A stretch of DNA of 64,000 nucleotides, taken from contig CM022670.1 in assembly GCA_012295275.1 (NCBI GenBank), positions 10,168,001 to 10,232,000 on the forward strand, written 5' to 3'. Position numbers and translations under genes: made by a program. Source of the DNA: Chrysomallon squamiferum. Its lineage: Eukaryota > Animalia > Mollusca. The first letter of the stretch is position 1; every line of letters begins with the position of its first letter. Under the pieces are notes generated by a model, which was not told the DNA's origin, searched no databases, and worked only from the letters and a program-made list of their open reading frames with translations. Positions 16,001 through 27,004 of the stretch are shown here, piece by piece.

Positions 16001-19000
16001 TGGACAATTAAGATACCCTAATCTAAAATTTGAATTCATGAAGATTATATATTCAGAAAACAATTATTATTTCTTAATATAAATATGAAATGAGTCTAGT
16101 GTTAATAACAAAATATTTCCCATATTGAAAAATCATCATTATTTTGTAAAAAGTAAATTTCAGTTTCAGAAAATAACTGTGCTTGGTCATATACGTGTTG
16201 AAAATGAAGACACAAATATACAGCACACTATGGAAATATACAATTGTAAATATTATATTATAAATTAAACGTTTGGGGTAACGAAAATAATTTTTTCACC
16301 TGGCCACAAAATAATCTAAATGCATGTAGAGCAATGTATCAAGTGTTTCATTGAAGAGAAGAAGATGACGCATAACACGAAGAGTTGCAGCTCTGACTTC
16401 TTTTGCTTCGTCAAATAAACCTATACGCAAACTAACAAACAAGAGCGGAAATTAAAAATATAATACAGCTCACCTTCTTAGGTAGCTGGAGAAATAACTT
16501 AAAATATACAAGTATTATTAACAATACAAACACTTTTTATGGTAACAAATAATTACTTTCAGGTTACATATACATACGCATACAGATGTATGTTGTTGTT
16601 TTTGGTTTTTTGAAGTGTTTCAAGTACAGTTATATAATATTTATCCAAAATGTAATTACTTTGTTTCAATCAAACACCATTTTGAAGTGTCCATTTAGGC
16701 AATAGGAATGCAGATGTATACATATGTAACAAATTGTTAACTTAATTGCAATTTAGATAATCATGACTGATCAACATAATGCAAAACATTTTAATAAAAA
16801 TAATATACTTTGATCAAATTAGAAATGTACACACTATACCAGACGAATGTTGTAAAAACTTACCAACACAGAATTTCTCTTATGGTTAATCCAAGTGTTT
16901 GTTCTTTTGACAATTTCTTAACATGGTGAATAAGTCTTATGAAACAGTTTAAATAGCCAAGTTTCTTAGCTTTAGGGCACAATTTCATTGACACAATACT
17001 CTGAAGTATTTCTTTAACATTTTCCTTAGGTTCTGAAAAAAAATTAAAATTAAAAAAAAAAAATATATATATACTAAAATGTCTATGAAATTGGTTTTGT
17101 ATATTGTACAATATACAAAACCAATTTCAGTGAGTTCATCTTATTATAATTTAAATAAGTTAATTAGCTATCCAGATCATTGAGGATATATTTTTCTTTT
17201 TCATGTGTCTCATAGTATAAATTTTAAGTATTTACAAATACTGCTGCTGACAGCATTAATTATGATCAGATCAATATATCAATATTCTGATCCAAACAGT
17301 GCATTGCCTTTGAAGTTTCAAAAAAACTTATATATATATTTTAAAGATTTACTTTTGTGTAAATTGTTAAAAGATTTGAAACACTGCATATGTTAGCAGG
17401 GTTTCATTTATAGTTAATTCAGATTAAATATACTTTTTACTTTCGATATGTTTAATGAATCTGTTGAAGCATATTTAAATATCCATGTCATTACAACAGC
17501 TAATAGCAGCCAACTTTTTGTATGTGTCCATATAAACAACACAGATACAACAAAAATATTTTTGAACTGAAATCACCGAAATTAATAACCAGACACAGAA
17601 AACAAATGGTTAAATTACACACACACATTCAGTTTCAATTATCTGAATTATTAATAAATAAATATATTATGTATATTGAAATACATAATTAGTGACACAT
17701 ATTGAAATAAAATAAATTAATAAGCAGTGCTAGATTTTTATAATAATAATATAATATATTGGTTAGCTAGTAAAACATATTGAATATAGTTGACGTGTAC
17801 ATAAACTTAAAACATTACTACAAAATCTGAAGTTAATCATATTTTATTGTGTTTACTGGTGTGAAAAAAAAAATAAAAATAAAAAAATGTATATTAAATA
17901 AACTGCACAAAGACTGAAAGAAAATATGCATATAACTTAGCAACCAATCAGTAAAGTTTGATTTTGTTATTAGGTTTAATTTTAAATAATTAAAAAAAAT
18001 AAAAATAATGATCAGGTAAGATAAAAAAATCTGCTACTGTCAGATATTGGTCTGTTCTTATTTCTAAGCACAAGGGATATTTCATGTGCACTAAGACAGG
18101 AAAAGAAATACAGGTGTAATGAAGTAGACTGGATCAAGAAGTGTGGATCAAGAAGTGTGGATGATACACTCAGAGATTAATCTTGTTAATATTTCAAGAG
18201 CCATGAACATTTTTACTACAATCACTGGTTCCATTACTGCTGTCATGCCATTTTCATTTTCTAAAAGTCATTCATAGGTCAAATATTTGAAAAGGTATGA
18301 TTGGATCTCCATTATTGATTAATAAATGTTTTCAAAAATCAGTGTAGGTATAAACAGTAAACAGTAAAGTAAATTCACTTAACAAGATGGATTGGTTTTC
18401 CCAATTCTTCCAGTTTTCCAAAGCATCCTAAACATTGGTAGATCAACACAGTAAATATGTTATATATTAAATTATATGTTATTAATATTACATATTATTT
18501 ATTTTAACCCACCAATATAATCATAATGAATATTAAGAATTACTTTTCTGATTATTTTGATACATTCACGTAACATTGTATGACATATGCAGAAAAAAAC
18601 ACACAGAGAATTTTTCGATATGTCAGTTCACAGATATTTTAAATATACTTGTGCTGACGTAGGATGATACTGGAGTTATTAATTAGTTTATGTTTTATCT
18701 TCTTAGTCAGTTATGAGTTATCAGTGCCGTAGAGGGTTCCTACGTGACAGAATCCGTTTCAGATGTGTTGTCACTCCTTGTGTCACTCCTTGTACATTTT
18801 ATTCCAAGATTAAACAGCATTGATCAAATAACAGGCTCAGATATCGAAAACAGATTGTTTTCCTTTAATTTTTCCAATTTGTGTTAAATAACTTACCCTT
18901 GGTAAAGTCAAGACGAACTTCGCTTTCACTTTCATGGCGATCTGCAAGGCGAAAAGAAAGTAAAATCAACAGAATAAAAGGAAATGCAAAATATAAACAA

Positions 19001-19122
19001 AGCTGTATGGAAAACAAAATGTGAGTAAATTTTACTCTGCAAATGTTTGCAAATATGTTAAACATACTTCGGAATCGCCCACTTCTTAGATTACGGCCCT
19101 GGCGAACCATTGAGGCCGCCAT
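30..19122 (-). CDS. RICTOR: Rapamycin-insensitive companion of mTOR (mTORC2 subunit); 33 coding exons in window, 3' end beyond position 1
   Basis: Exons 5'->3': 19122-19068, 18941-18897, 17032-16864, 16431-16300, 15792-15602, 15091-14919, 14498-14434, 13974-13907, 13361-13279, 12816-12729, 12389-12299, 11939-11873, 11713-11633, 11190-11090, 10588-10411, 9920-9816, 9345-9299, 8862-8727, 8280-8221, 7716-7568, 7091-6965, 6650-6486, 6287-6132, 5856-5750, 5340-5253, 4888-4796, 4314-4208, 3965-2739, 2288-2129, 1795-1720, 1421-1284, 904-752, 153-30. All phases join without a frameshift. Peptides match human RICTOR as recalled: EAKEVRAATLR, GNDGASERDR, LLNHPRTRHY, SHCLPTL, VFLPMHLYGQL, SFNTDSTTSGISS, RDAVGYATL, FIGLTLPVDI, HxxxxCLxC zinc ligands, LVRKEILRLV. 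Confidence 0.96.
9497..9590. repeat. (AAAAT)n pentanucleotide microsatellite in a RICTOR intron
   Basis: Directly visible tandem AAAAT run; it explains the spurious FILFY-repeat ORFs. Confidence 0.95.
15292..15402. repeat. Two-copy ~56 bp direct tandem duplication (intronic)
   Basis: attaccagttattaagatatttgaactttatataaacaactaaaataatacataa is repeated with a few substitutions. Confidence 0.85.
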
Positions 19123-19242
19123 ATTGGTGGCTAAATAGTTGATGTCAGCCAATCAGTGCATTCTTACCAAAGTTGTGAGTCTCGATCTAAAGTATGTGTT
19201 AGATTCTAGTTATCTTCATTACTGAAACATTGTTATTAATCC

Positions 19243-19298
<56 letters not shown>

Positions 19299-19990
19299 TA
19301 AAAATGTTAAACCAGTCCGAATCAAAACAATTTATTTCATTAAATTTTATTAAAGAAATTTAATTTGTTTTTTCTTTAAAGATGATTTTAAAAATTATTT
19401 TCGACCATTCCGATTTTCTAAAATCTATTATGTAGTCATGAACTTAGCTAATTATCAAATTTAAAAGAAACTTCGCTTAATGTGTGTTTGTCATAATTTT
19501 TTTTTATTAACATTCAAGGTTGCCGATGCAGAACAATACACTGCAGTGTAATTGTAATTTGCGAAATAATGGGGGGGGGTCTTTGATTATACACACACAC
19601 ATACACATAGTGACGTATAGTTTAGGTTAAATTATTAAAAATTAATAAAATTATAATTATATATCATTATATATTATTATTATTATTATTATTATTACTT
19701 AACTAGAAGAAAAATCAAGAACAACAAAAGCATTGTTATGATCATGACAGGTAATGTATTACATTTTCATGATTTTGTTAACTTACAAGTTACGTATGCA
19801 CTAGTTGAATGTCGTTAGCGTATTTTTACATTGTTTGGTAATATTTAACTAGTTTTTCGAATAGTTTTTCGATAAATTTTGGTCTGTTATTTTCCTAGTA
19901 ACAACTAATCATGATTATTATTATTTAATAACGAAATGATGAGAGTTAAGTCGTATGTTTGCATAACAGGTTTTCGACCAAGATGGCTGC
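19115..19990. promoter_or_regulatory. Putative bidirectional promoter between RICTOR and DFPase; YY1/TISU-like motifs overlap both start codons, CCAAT at 19149-19153
   Basis: Divergent ATGs at 19122 (-) and 19983 (+), about 860 bp apart. CAATATGGCGGC (-, 19115-19126) and CAAGATGGCTGC (+, 19979-19990). Confidence 0.55.
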
Positions 19991-20650
19991 AGATAAAGCT
20001 GAGAAAGCTGAACTGTTCGAACCGCAGTTTACGAAAATTGCCGAAGGTCTTAGGGGTGCGGAAGGCCCTGTTTTTGACAAACATGGCAATTTTTTCGTGG
20101 TTGCACCCGAAGTTGAAAAAGATGGAAAACCTGCAGGACAGATTTTAAAGGTTGACTTAAAAACAGGAAATGTAAGTTTTACTTTTCAGCCGACCACGCC
20201 CCCTTCTTATGCACTTTCGATTTGTAATGGTATAATTTTCATTACGACTACATTTTGTTTACAATCGGCTGGACACATAAAAAAAAAAAAAAAAATATAA
20301 AATGTGTGTTGTTTGTTTCATCTTTTATATTTTATTTTATTTTATTCTTCCATAAAGAATAATATTCTGTTACGGAAGGACAGATAAATTAAGGTAAAAT
20401 GCTAAAAAGTTTCCTTCTTTTAGTGATTTCATGAAATAAATCAGTATCTTTTGGATAGTAATATTAAAAAAAACCCACTAAAATCCTTCGGTAATGCTAT
20501 GTGCTAATTAAAGTCGTAAATAAGCAATAACAACTATAACAACAATAATAGTAGATATTAAAATAAAATAAATAAAATAAAATAAAATATTAGTAATAAT
20601 AATTTTAAAAAATGGCTGCCCTATTATGTTTACATTAACCAATGTATATT

Positions 20651-20695
<45 letters not shown>

Positions 20696-20922
20696 AATAG
20701 ATACACCAATCCAAATTAATGCTGATATAAACAAATTGTAAATGTATTGGCACAACACAGAAAACTTTATGAATTTGTATCATTAGTTCTTCAGTACATG
20801 ACTGTATTTATGAAAGATAGTAGTCTGTTTATTATCTTTAGGTGAACTAGTATGCCTTTAAGAGGATAATCTTTGTTCAACAATGGTAATTAACAATCTG
20901 AATATATGTATGTATGTATGTA

Positions 20923-20989
<67 letters not shown>

Positions 20990-21088
20990 AAACACATGCA
21001 CACACATACAAAAATAAAAATTTTTTAAGCTATACACACACACATTTTTGCATACATACACACACACACACATGCATACATATATACA

Positions 21089-21122
<34 letters not shown>

Positions 21123-23079
21123 AAAATATATTGTGCATTTTTAGACCACAGTATTATGTGAGCCATCAGTTGATGGGTTTGGAGGGATCCCTGCTGGTTG
21201 CCAGTGTGATCACGATGGAAATCTGTGGGTTGCAGATATGAGGCTTGGCATCATCAAAGTCACACAAAAAGGGGAGATGACCCAGGTAGGTACCGTCAAG
21301 TTCTCTGAATAGGATTTTTGTCCCTTTGTTGCATTTACCGAAGATGGTACTTAATTAGATTATCTAAAAATCATAAATTATATTTTTCATGATTTCATTT
21401 CTGTCATTTGTTTTTTGTTGCTTTTTTTTGGAAAGAAAATGTTTCATGTAAATAGGTAAATCATTGTGTGAATAATGAGTTCCAACCAGGCCATTAACAA
21501 ATGATAATATTCATAATGCAAAGGAAGGAATAAAAAATGTTATGTTTTCATTAATAAAAATAAAACTTTCTGTTCTATGCTCAGACTGGCACTTTACATG
21601 TTACACCTGTGTTGGAATTTTTAAAATTATTATTTAATTGCAGATATGCACCAAAGATAGCGAAGGTCATACAATGCAAGGATGCAATGACTGTGCCTTT
21701 GATTACCAAGGGAACCTGTGGGTAACCGCTCCTGCTGGGGAGATAGCGCCACACCCATATCGAAGGTCAAATGAGGTGAAATTCTTAGTATTTTGTCATC
21801 TTGTTCCTGTAAAAAAAAAATAATAATAATAATAAAAAAAAAAAAAAAATAATAATAGTAATAATAATTAATTTTAAAAATTGCGAAAAGGAATTAATGT
21901 AAAGATTCTAAAATTCTGGAACCACTGTCATAGCATTTTTGATTGTTTAAGGCTATTTCAGATCTTGTACACTAAAAGTCATTACTGTATTACCTCGAGT
22001 AATATAAACTTTCCTTTAAGTTATAGCTTGAATTTTTGTCTGAATAACCAATACCGACCAGGCCACTAACAAATGACGATAATAATCATAAAACAAACCA
22101 AACAATAAATAACAACACTTTTAAATATTCATTTAAATGCTAGACACAATACTTGAGTATTTTATTTTTCCGTGTCAGGATGCTTTCGGTTCAGTGTACT
22201 GTTTGACAAAATCAGGACAAACAGTTCGCATTGATACAGGAATTTTGTTTCCTAACGGCGTTGCTGTTTCACACATGGATGATGGCCGACCAAAGATGTT
22301 AATTGTTGCAGAAACATTTACAAAACTGCTGTGGTCTTACGACATTGTTGAAGCAGGGAAAGTCCAGAACAAAAAAATATGGGGAAAACTTGCAGGTACA
22401 AATATATTAAAATCAACTTTTTTTTATTCTCAGATGATCAGCGCACAATTAAATTCAGTGTCTGGATGAATATTTAATATAAAAACATATTATGATAATG
22501 GTTTTTCAGACGCCTAACTACTGAAAAAAAAAAAAGATCTTCTTGAATGTGATCAATCACAAACCATTATAAACATTGTCAGTATTTTATTTTATAATGT
22601 TGAATTCACTCCCATCAGATTTTTTAAAACTGATTAACATTCCTAGCTGCTAACAGAAACCAACACGTTACCAATTTGAGACCCAGTAAATATTACTTTT
22701 ATTATTTTCATGTACCTCTTTCTCCTTAAACATACCCATCAAACATTTGAAAAGATATTCAGGATCAGAAGTTCAGAAGTAACATCACAAATGTTTGTTG
22801 ATTTCAGGAGATCACACAGGTGGAGCAGATGGGATGGATTTTGATGAAGATGGGAATTTGCTTGTTGCACACTGGGGTAGTGGATTCATAGAAGTATTTT
22901 CTCCAGGAGGAGGGAAGCCTTTCAAGAGGATCAAGTGTCCATTTGAAAAACCAAGCAATCTGCATTTTGCACAGTCATCCAACACAGTTTATACCACAGA
23001 GCATGACTCACACAGTTTGTGGAAATTTGAGTGGGAGAGAGCTGGGAAATTGCAGTTCTGCGACACTTTGATATTTTAA
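19983..23079 (+). CDS. Diisopropyl-fluorophosphatase (squid-type DFPase; six-bladed beta-propeller, SMP-30/gluconolactonase family), 5 exons, about 316 aa
   Basis: Exons 19983-20171, 21145-21285, 21644-21775, 22179-22395, 22808-23079, all GT-AG and in phase. Collinear with Loligo DFPase as recalled: GAEGPVFDK, GGIPAGCQCD, ADMRLG, MQGCNDCAFDY, FPNG, GADGMDFDED, CPFEKPSNLHF, TEH, WKFEW. Confidence 0.95.
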
Positions 23080-24965
23080 ATGAATTATTTGAGATAAAAA
23101 TATCTTTGATTTTGAAATTTAGCATCTACCTTGATATTTTAATTTAATACCAGTTGAGCATTCCTTATATGAAGTACTTGGGGTAGAAATATCTTAGATT
23201 TTAGAATTTTGCAAATTGTGGACCATGTACCTTGATATTTTTATTTAATACAAGTTTAGCATTACTTATCCAAAAAACTAGGGGATAGAAGTGTCTTAGA
23301 TATTAAAAGTCTGCAAATGTTTGACATGATTTGATAGAACCTTTTTTGTATGTTTCTTAAATGGCTTATACAGATAGCTTGATGGTATTTTAAAATGATA
23401 TTCTTGATAATTAACAGATAAAAAAAAAAAATGTTTGCTAAGTATGGACCAGATATAGAGAGGCAAAATGTCAGAGTCTGGCTTGTCAAAGTTTTGGATT
23501 TGATAAAAGATGCTCAACCTGTACCACTATGTTTATAGGTGATGGGAATGGGATTTTGTACATGTAGATGTGTAATAATGTTTTAATGTATGGTAATTTT
23601 AAAATCTATATTTTTTATGGCATTGTTTTGAAATCAAATAACTATATAAGGCATAATTTGATTTTCATATTACAAAACATATAATTATGCCAGTTGCAAG
23701 AATAACTCCAAATGTCTTAGCTTACTTTTAGTAATGCTAATTTTTTAACTCGTGCTAATTAAAACATAATTAATTATCTTTTCTCCATGACAGACATTCT
23801 TTATGACGAATAAAGAAAATTATTATACCATTAAAAGTAAACATCCCTGCTAACATTTTTATTTGCTTTTACAAAATAGCTAGTCATCATTCAAAAGGTG
23901 CAGTTATAAATATTGTTATATACAATTCACTTTTTTGTTTGTGATTTATTTCTTATATGACATTAAATGAAGGCTAGGGAGACACAATGTTCAGCATAAT
24001 GAAACTTGAAAACCTGCTGATAAATTTCACATACCCTTGTCAATAATCTATTATGTACATTATGATTCTTTAAATTGTTATCATAAACCTTTTTACGATT
24101 TTATATGTTATTTTATTTTTTATAACATTTTGTTTGTCAACTTTATTCAACTTGGCTTCATAGCCATTATATTTTATATTGTTATTTTATTTATTACTTT
24201 TAAAGGAAAATGCTTATATTACATAATTATATATGCAGCTTTATTTATTTAAATTTTAATATGAAGACATATTTATGTAATAAAATACATATCACTTTCA
24301 TCTTAAATGGGTTTGTTATTCTAAAAAATTATTTTTGTCCATTTAACACAAGAATCCAACATTAAACCCCCTCAACAAAACAAAACAAAATGCAGCATAA
24401 ATGAAAAACATTATACATTAACCTTATTCAAGTTAAAAAAATAATAATAATAATTTTTTTATTATTATATATATATTTTTTGTTTTCTTGTCACAAAATC
24501 ATGATTCAGTTATATTTATCCCAGTAGTTCTGTATTAAATAACTACTGTTCTTTTGAAAAAAAAACAAACAACAGTTAGCATGTCCATTTGTTTAGTGAC
24601 TTTTTTTAAGATTTCACTGGAAAAAACTAAAATCTGGAGATCAGATACTATAATACAGTACAAAAACTGTTGACCTCACAATAATGCGAACTGTTGTTTT
24701 GTATATAAAACTAAACTCCTTTTATCTTTAAAATGTTATGTATAAAAAGACATATAAATGGTCAAATGACAGTTTAGATTGTTAATATGTTATCATACCA
24801 CTTTATTATTAGCAAAGGTTAGTGTTAGTAATAAAATTACTACATGAAATTACATAAAAACTAGTTTTTGTACACCTATATGTACACATAAAATTAACAA
24901 ACAACTTTGTTTGTCAAACATTATTATTGACAGCAAGAAGACTGCCATTTTCATCTGATTTTCAG

Positions 24966-25182
24966 GAACCGTTTGGTTCAGTATATTGTCTGACAAACAA
25001 AGGAAAGGTTGTGAAATTGATACGGGATTGTTGTTCCCTAATGGTATAGCTGTTATGCATGACAATGATGGCTTCCCCAGAATATTAATTGTGGCAGAGA
25101 CACCCAAAAGACGTCTCTGGGCGTATGATATAGTAGATGGTGGTTGGGTGAAAAACAAAAGAGTTATGGGGAAAGTTACCAG
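24966..25182 (+). pseudogene. Diverged duplicate of DFPase exon 4 (exon 4'), disrupted by a -1 and a +1 indel
   Basis: ttcag|GAA CCG TTT GGT TCA GTA TAT TGT (EPFGSVYC), then IDTGLLFPNGIAV...VAETP...WGKLP G|gtacag. Length is 217 nt, the same as exon 4. One A is missing at 25014-25016, one T is extra at 25164-25165, and there is an in-frame TAG at 25047-25049 as assembled. Confidence 0.75.
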
Positions 25183-25547
25183 GTACAGAGTTTGATAGAA
25201 ATTCTGATTTGAAAACTAGTGGTATGGTGTGTATAAAAATACCATTTATTTGATTACTTTCTAATTTAAAATATATAATAATATTATAAACGGATAAAAA
25301 AAAAAAAAAAAAAATGTCTTTGTAAATTGTTGATTTATAAAGTCATTATTAAAAAAATATATGTGCTTACCCATTTTTCTAAAAACGAGGAACTAGAATA
25401 ATTTTCCGAAAGACATTATCTTTAATAATAATAATTATAAGAAGAACAACAACTGTCTTCTGGAGGATTTACGTATCTGTTGTTACCGTTCATTTAAGTA
25501 ATTACTTGATCTTTTAGTATTAAAACTCAACTTTCCATCGTTCACAG

Positions 25548-25816
25548 GTCAGTTTCGTGGACCTGATGGGATAGACTTGGACGAACATTACAATCTTCTG
25601 GTGACCTATCAAAGAAGTAGCAGCATCTTCGTCTTCCGGTCCGACGGAGGCTGGCCTGTCAAAACAATCAGATGTCCATTCACGCGTCCAGGCAACCTTC
25701 ACTTCAGACCAGAGTCTAGCGAGGTCTTTGTTACTGAGCATCAGTTTGACGGCTTGTGGATGTTTGAATGGGAATGCAAACGAAAACCACAAATGTGTGA
25801 CATTAAGTCTTTTTGA
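25548..25816 (+). CDS. Intact diverged duplicate of DFPase terminal exon 5 (exon 5'); candidate alternative last exon
   Basis: cacag|GT CAG TTT CGT GGA CCT GAT GGG... reads GQFRGPDGIDLDEHYNLLV...IRCPFTRPGNLHF...VTEHQFDGLWMFEW...SF*. Phase-1 acceptor like exon 5, open frame, AATAAA at 25824-25829. Confidence 0.6.
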
Positions 25817-26213
25817 TGAAAGAAATAAACATTTCAATATGACGGTTGGAAATAAATAAATAAATAATTTGTGAAATTATTATCATTATTAGATTAATTA
25901 AAGAAATGTATTGTAAAGCAATTCTAAAGGAAAAAAAATCACCAATATGTAATACTAATATAAAGATAAATATTTCTGTGTGAATTTTAGGGATTTTAAA
26001 GAAAAAACTTCAGACTAACCCACAGTGTATATCTAATTAAAAGAATTATATTTGAATCCCAAAGTTTTCAGGCGGCAGAAGTAACAGAAGTTCCTGATCG
26101 TCCATGACATCCGCACTTGAAACTTAAGCGATATATAAGAGAACATCAGTCACCTGAACCAACAACGCCGACAGTTGTATTTCATAACGTATTCTACCGG
26201 TGATATGTATTAA

Positions 26214-26259
<46 letters not shown>

Positions 26260-26342
26260 TGAATAAATAAATAAATAATTGTTTTTGTTTTATTTAATTT
26301 ATTTTATTTTATTAATATTATGTTTTTCAGTCATAATTATAT

Positions 26343-26723
26343 GGTAGCGTGTCAAAAAATTTAATATTTTATACAAAAGAGTGAAATCTTGGAAAAATAA
26401 AAACAACTTCTCAAAATACACACACAAATACACACACGCACACGCTCGCACAAATATACATAAATGCACAAAACTAACAGAAATAAATATTTATTATATA
26501 CAATACATATTTCTTACGAATTAGTTTATAATACGGTGCTGTTAAGGCTGTAATATTTGATATCTACATTGTTTACTAATTACAGTAAAATTCGACAATT
26601 GCTTAAACAACATTAAATTTACAGAATTTTCAATCTTCTAAAACAATACACAATTTGTTATTACTTGTTTTTTTTACAGTGTAATGATACTACATACGTT
26701 TAAACACATACCACCACGCTACA
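26343..26723. mobile_element. Solo-LTR-like or TGT...ACA non-autonomous element remnant (copy 1, 381 bp)
   Basis: Ends (g)GTAGCGTG ... CACGCTACA are inverted repeats, with flanks atat/aaat. A shorter sister copy lies at 26871-27004. Confidence 0.45.
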
Positions 26724-26870
26724 AAATTAGCTGTCAATCATACGTTTTCTTGTTTTTTGACAATATAAGAGAGTAAATATTTTGTCGTTACTATAGATTT
26801 CTGTTATCTATTAGCAGCAAGGGTCTTTTATAATAATAAACCTTATTATGATTTTCAATCATAAGTATAT

Positions 26871-27004
26871 TGTAGCGTGTCAAAAAATTAAATACTTTAT
26901 ACAAAAGGGTAAAATTTTGGAAAAATAAAAACAACTTCTCCAAATACACACACAAATACACACACGCACGCTATATATACTTAAACACATACCAACACGT
27001 TACA
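26871..27004. mobile_element. Internally deleted copy of the same element (134 bp) with a 4-bp ATAT target-site duplication
   Basis: atat|TGTAGCGTG...CACGTTACA|atat. It shares both ends and about 120 bp of right flank with copy 1, indicating tandem duplication after insertion. Confidence 0.5.

Noticed and set aside
18063-18110. Short 'agca..aaggga.attt.at.tgcac...gacagga' fragment, with loosely similar pieces at ~27090-27140 and ~61640-61690
   Set aside because: May be decayed copies of a dispersed repeat, but similarity is too weak to support without a repeat library.
18655-18795. Short inverted repeat (tgacgtagga / tcctacgtga) and a 12-bp direct repeat in RICTOR intron 2
   Set aside because: Too short; no convincing hairpin, snoRNA boxes or target-site duplication.
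23064-23262. Three imperfect copies of (t)accttgatattttaatttaatac at the DFPase stop and 3' UTR
   Set aside because: Small local duplication in AT-rich DNA with no recognisable regulatory element.
26068-26185. Minus-strand frame ...GSGD*CSLIYRLSFKCGCH... considered as a UGA-selenocysteine or cystine-knot fragment
   Set aside because: Bounded by further stops, with no start, no recognisable SECIS and no family motif.
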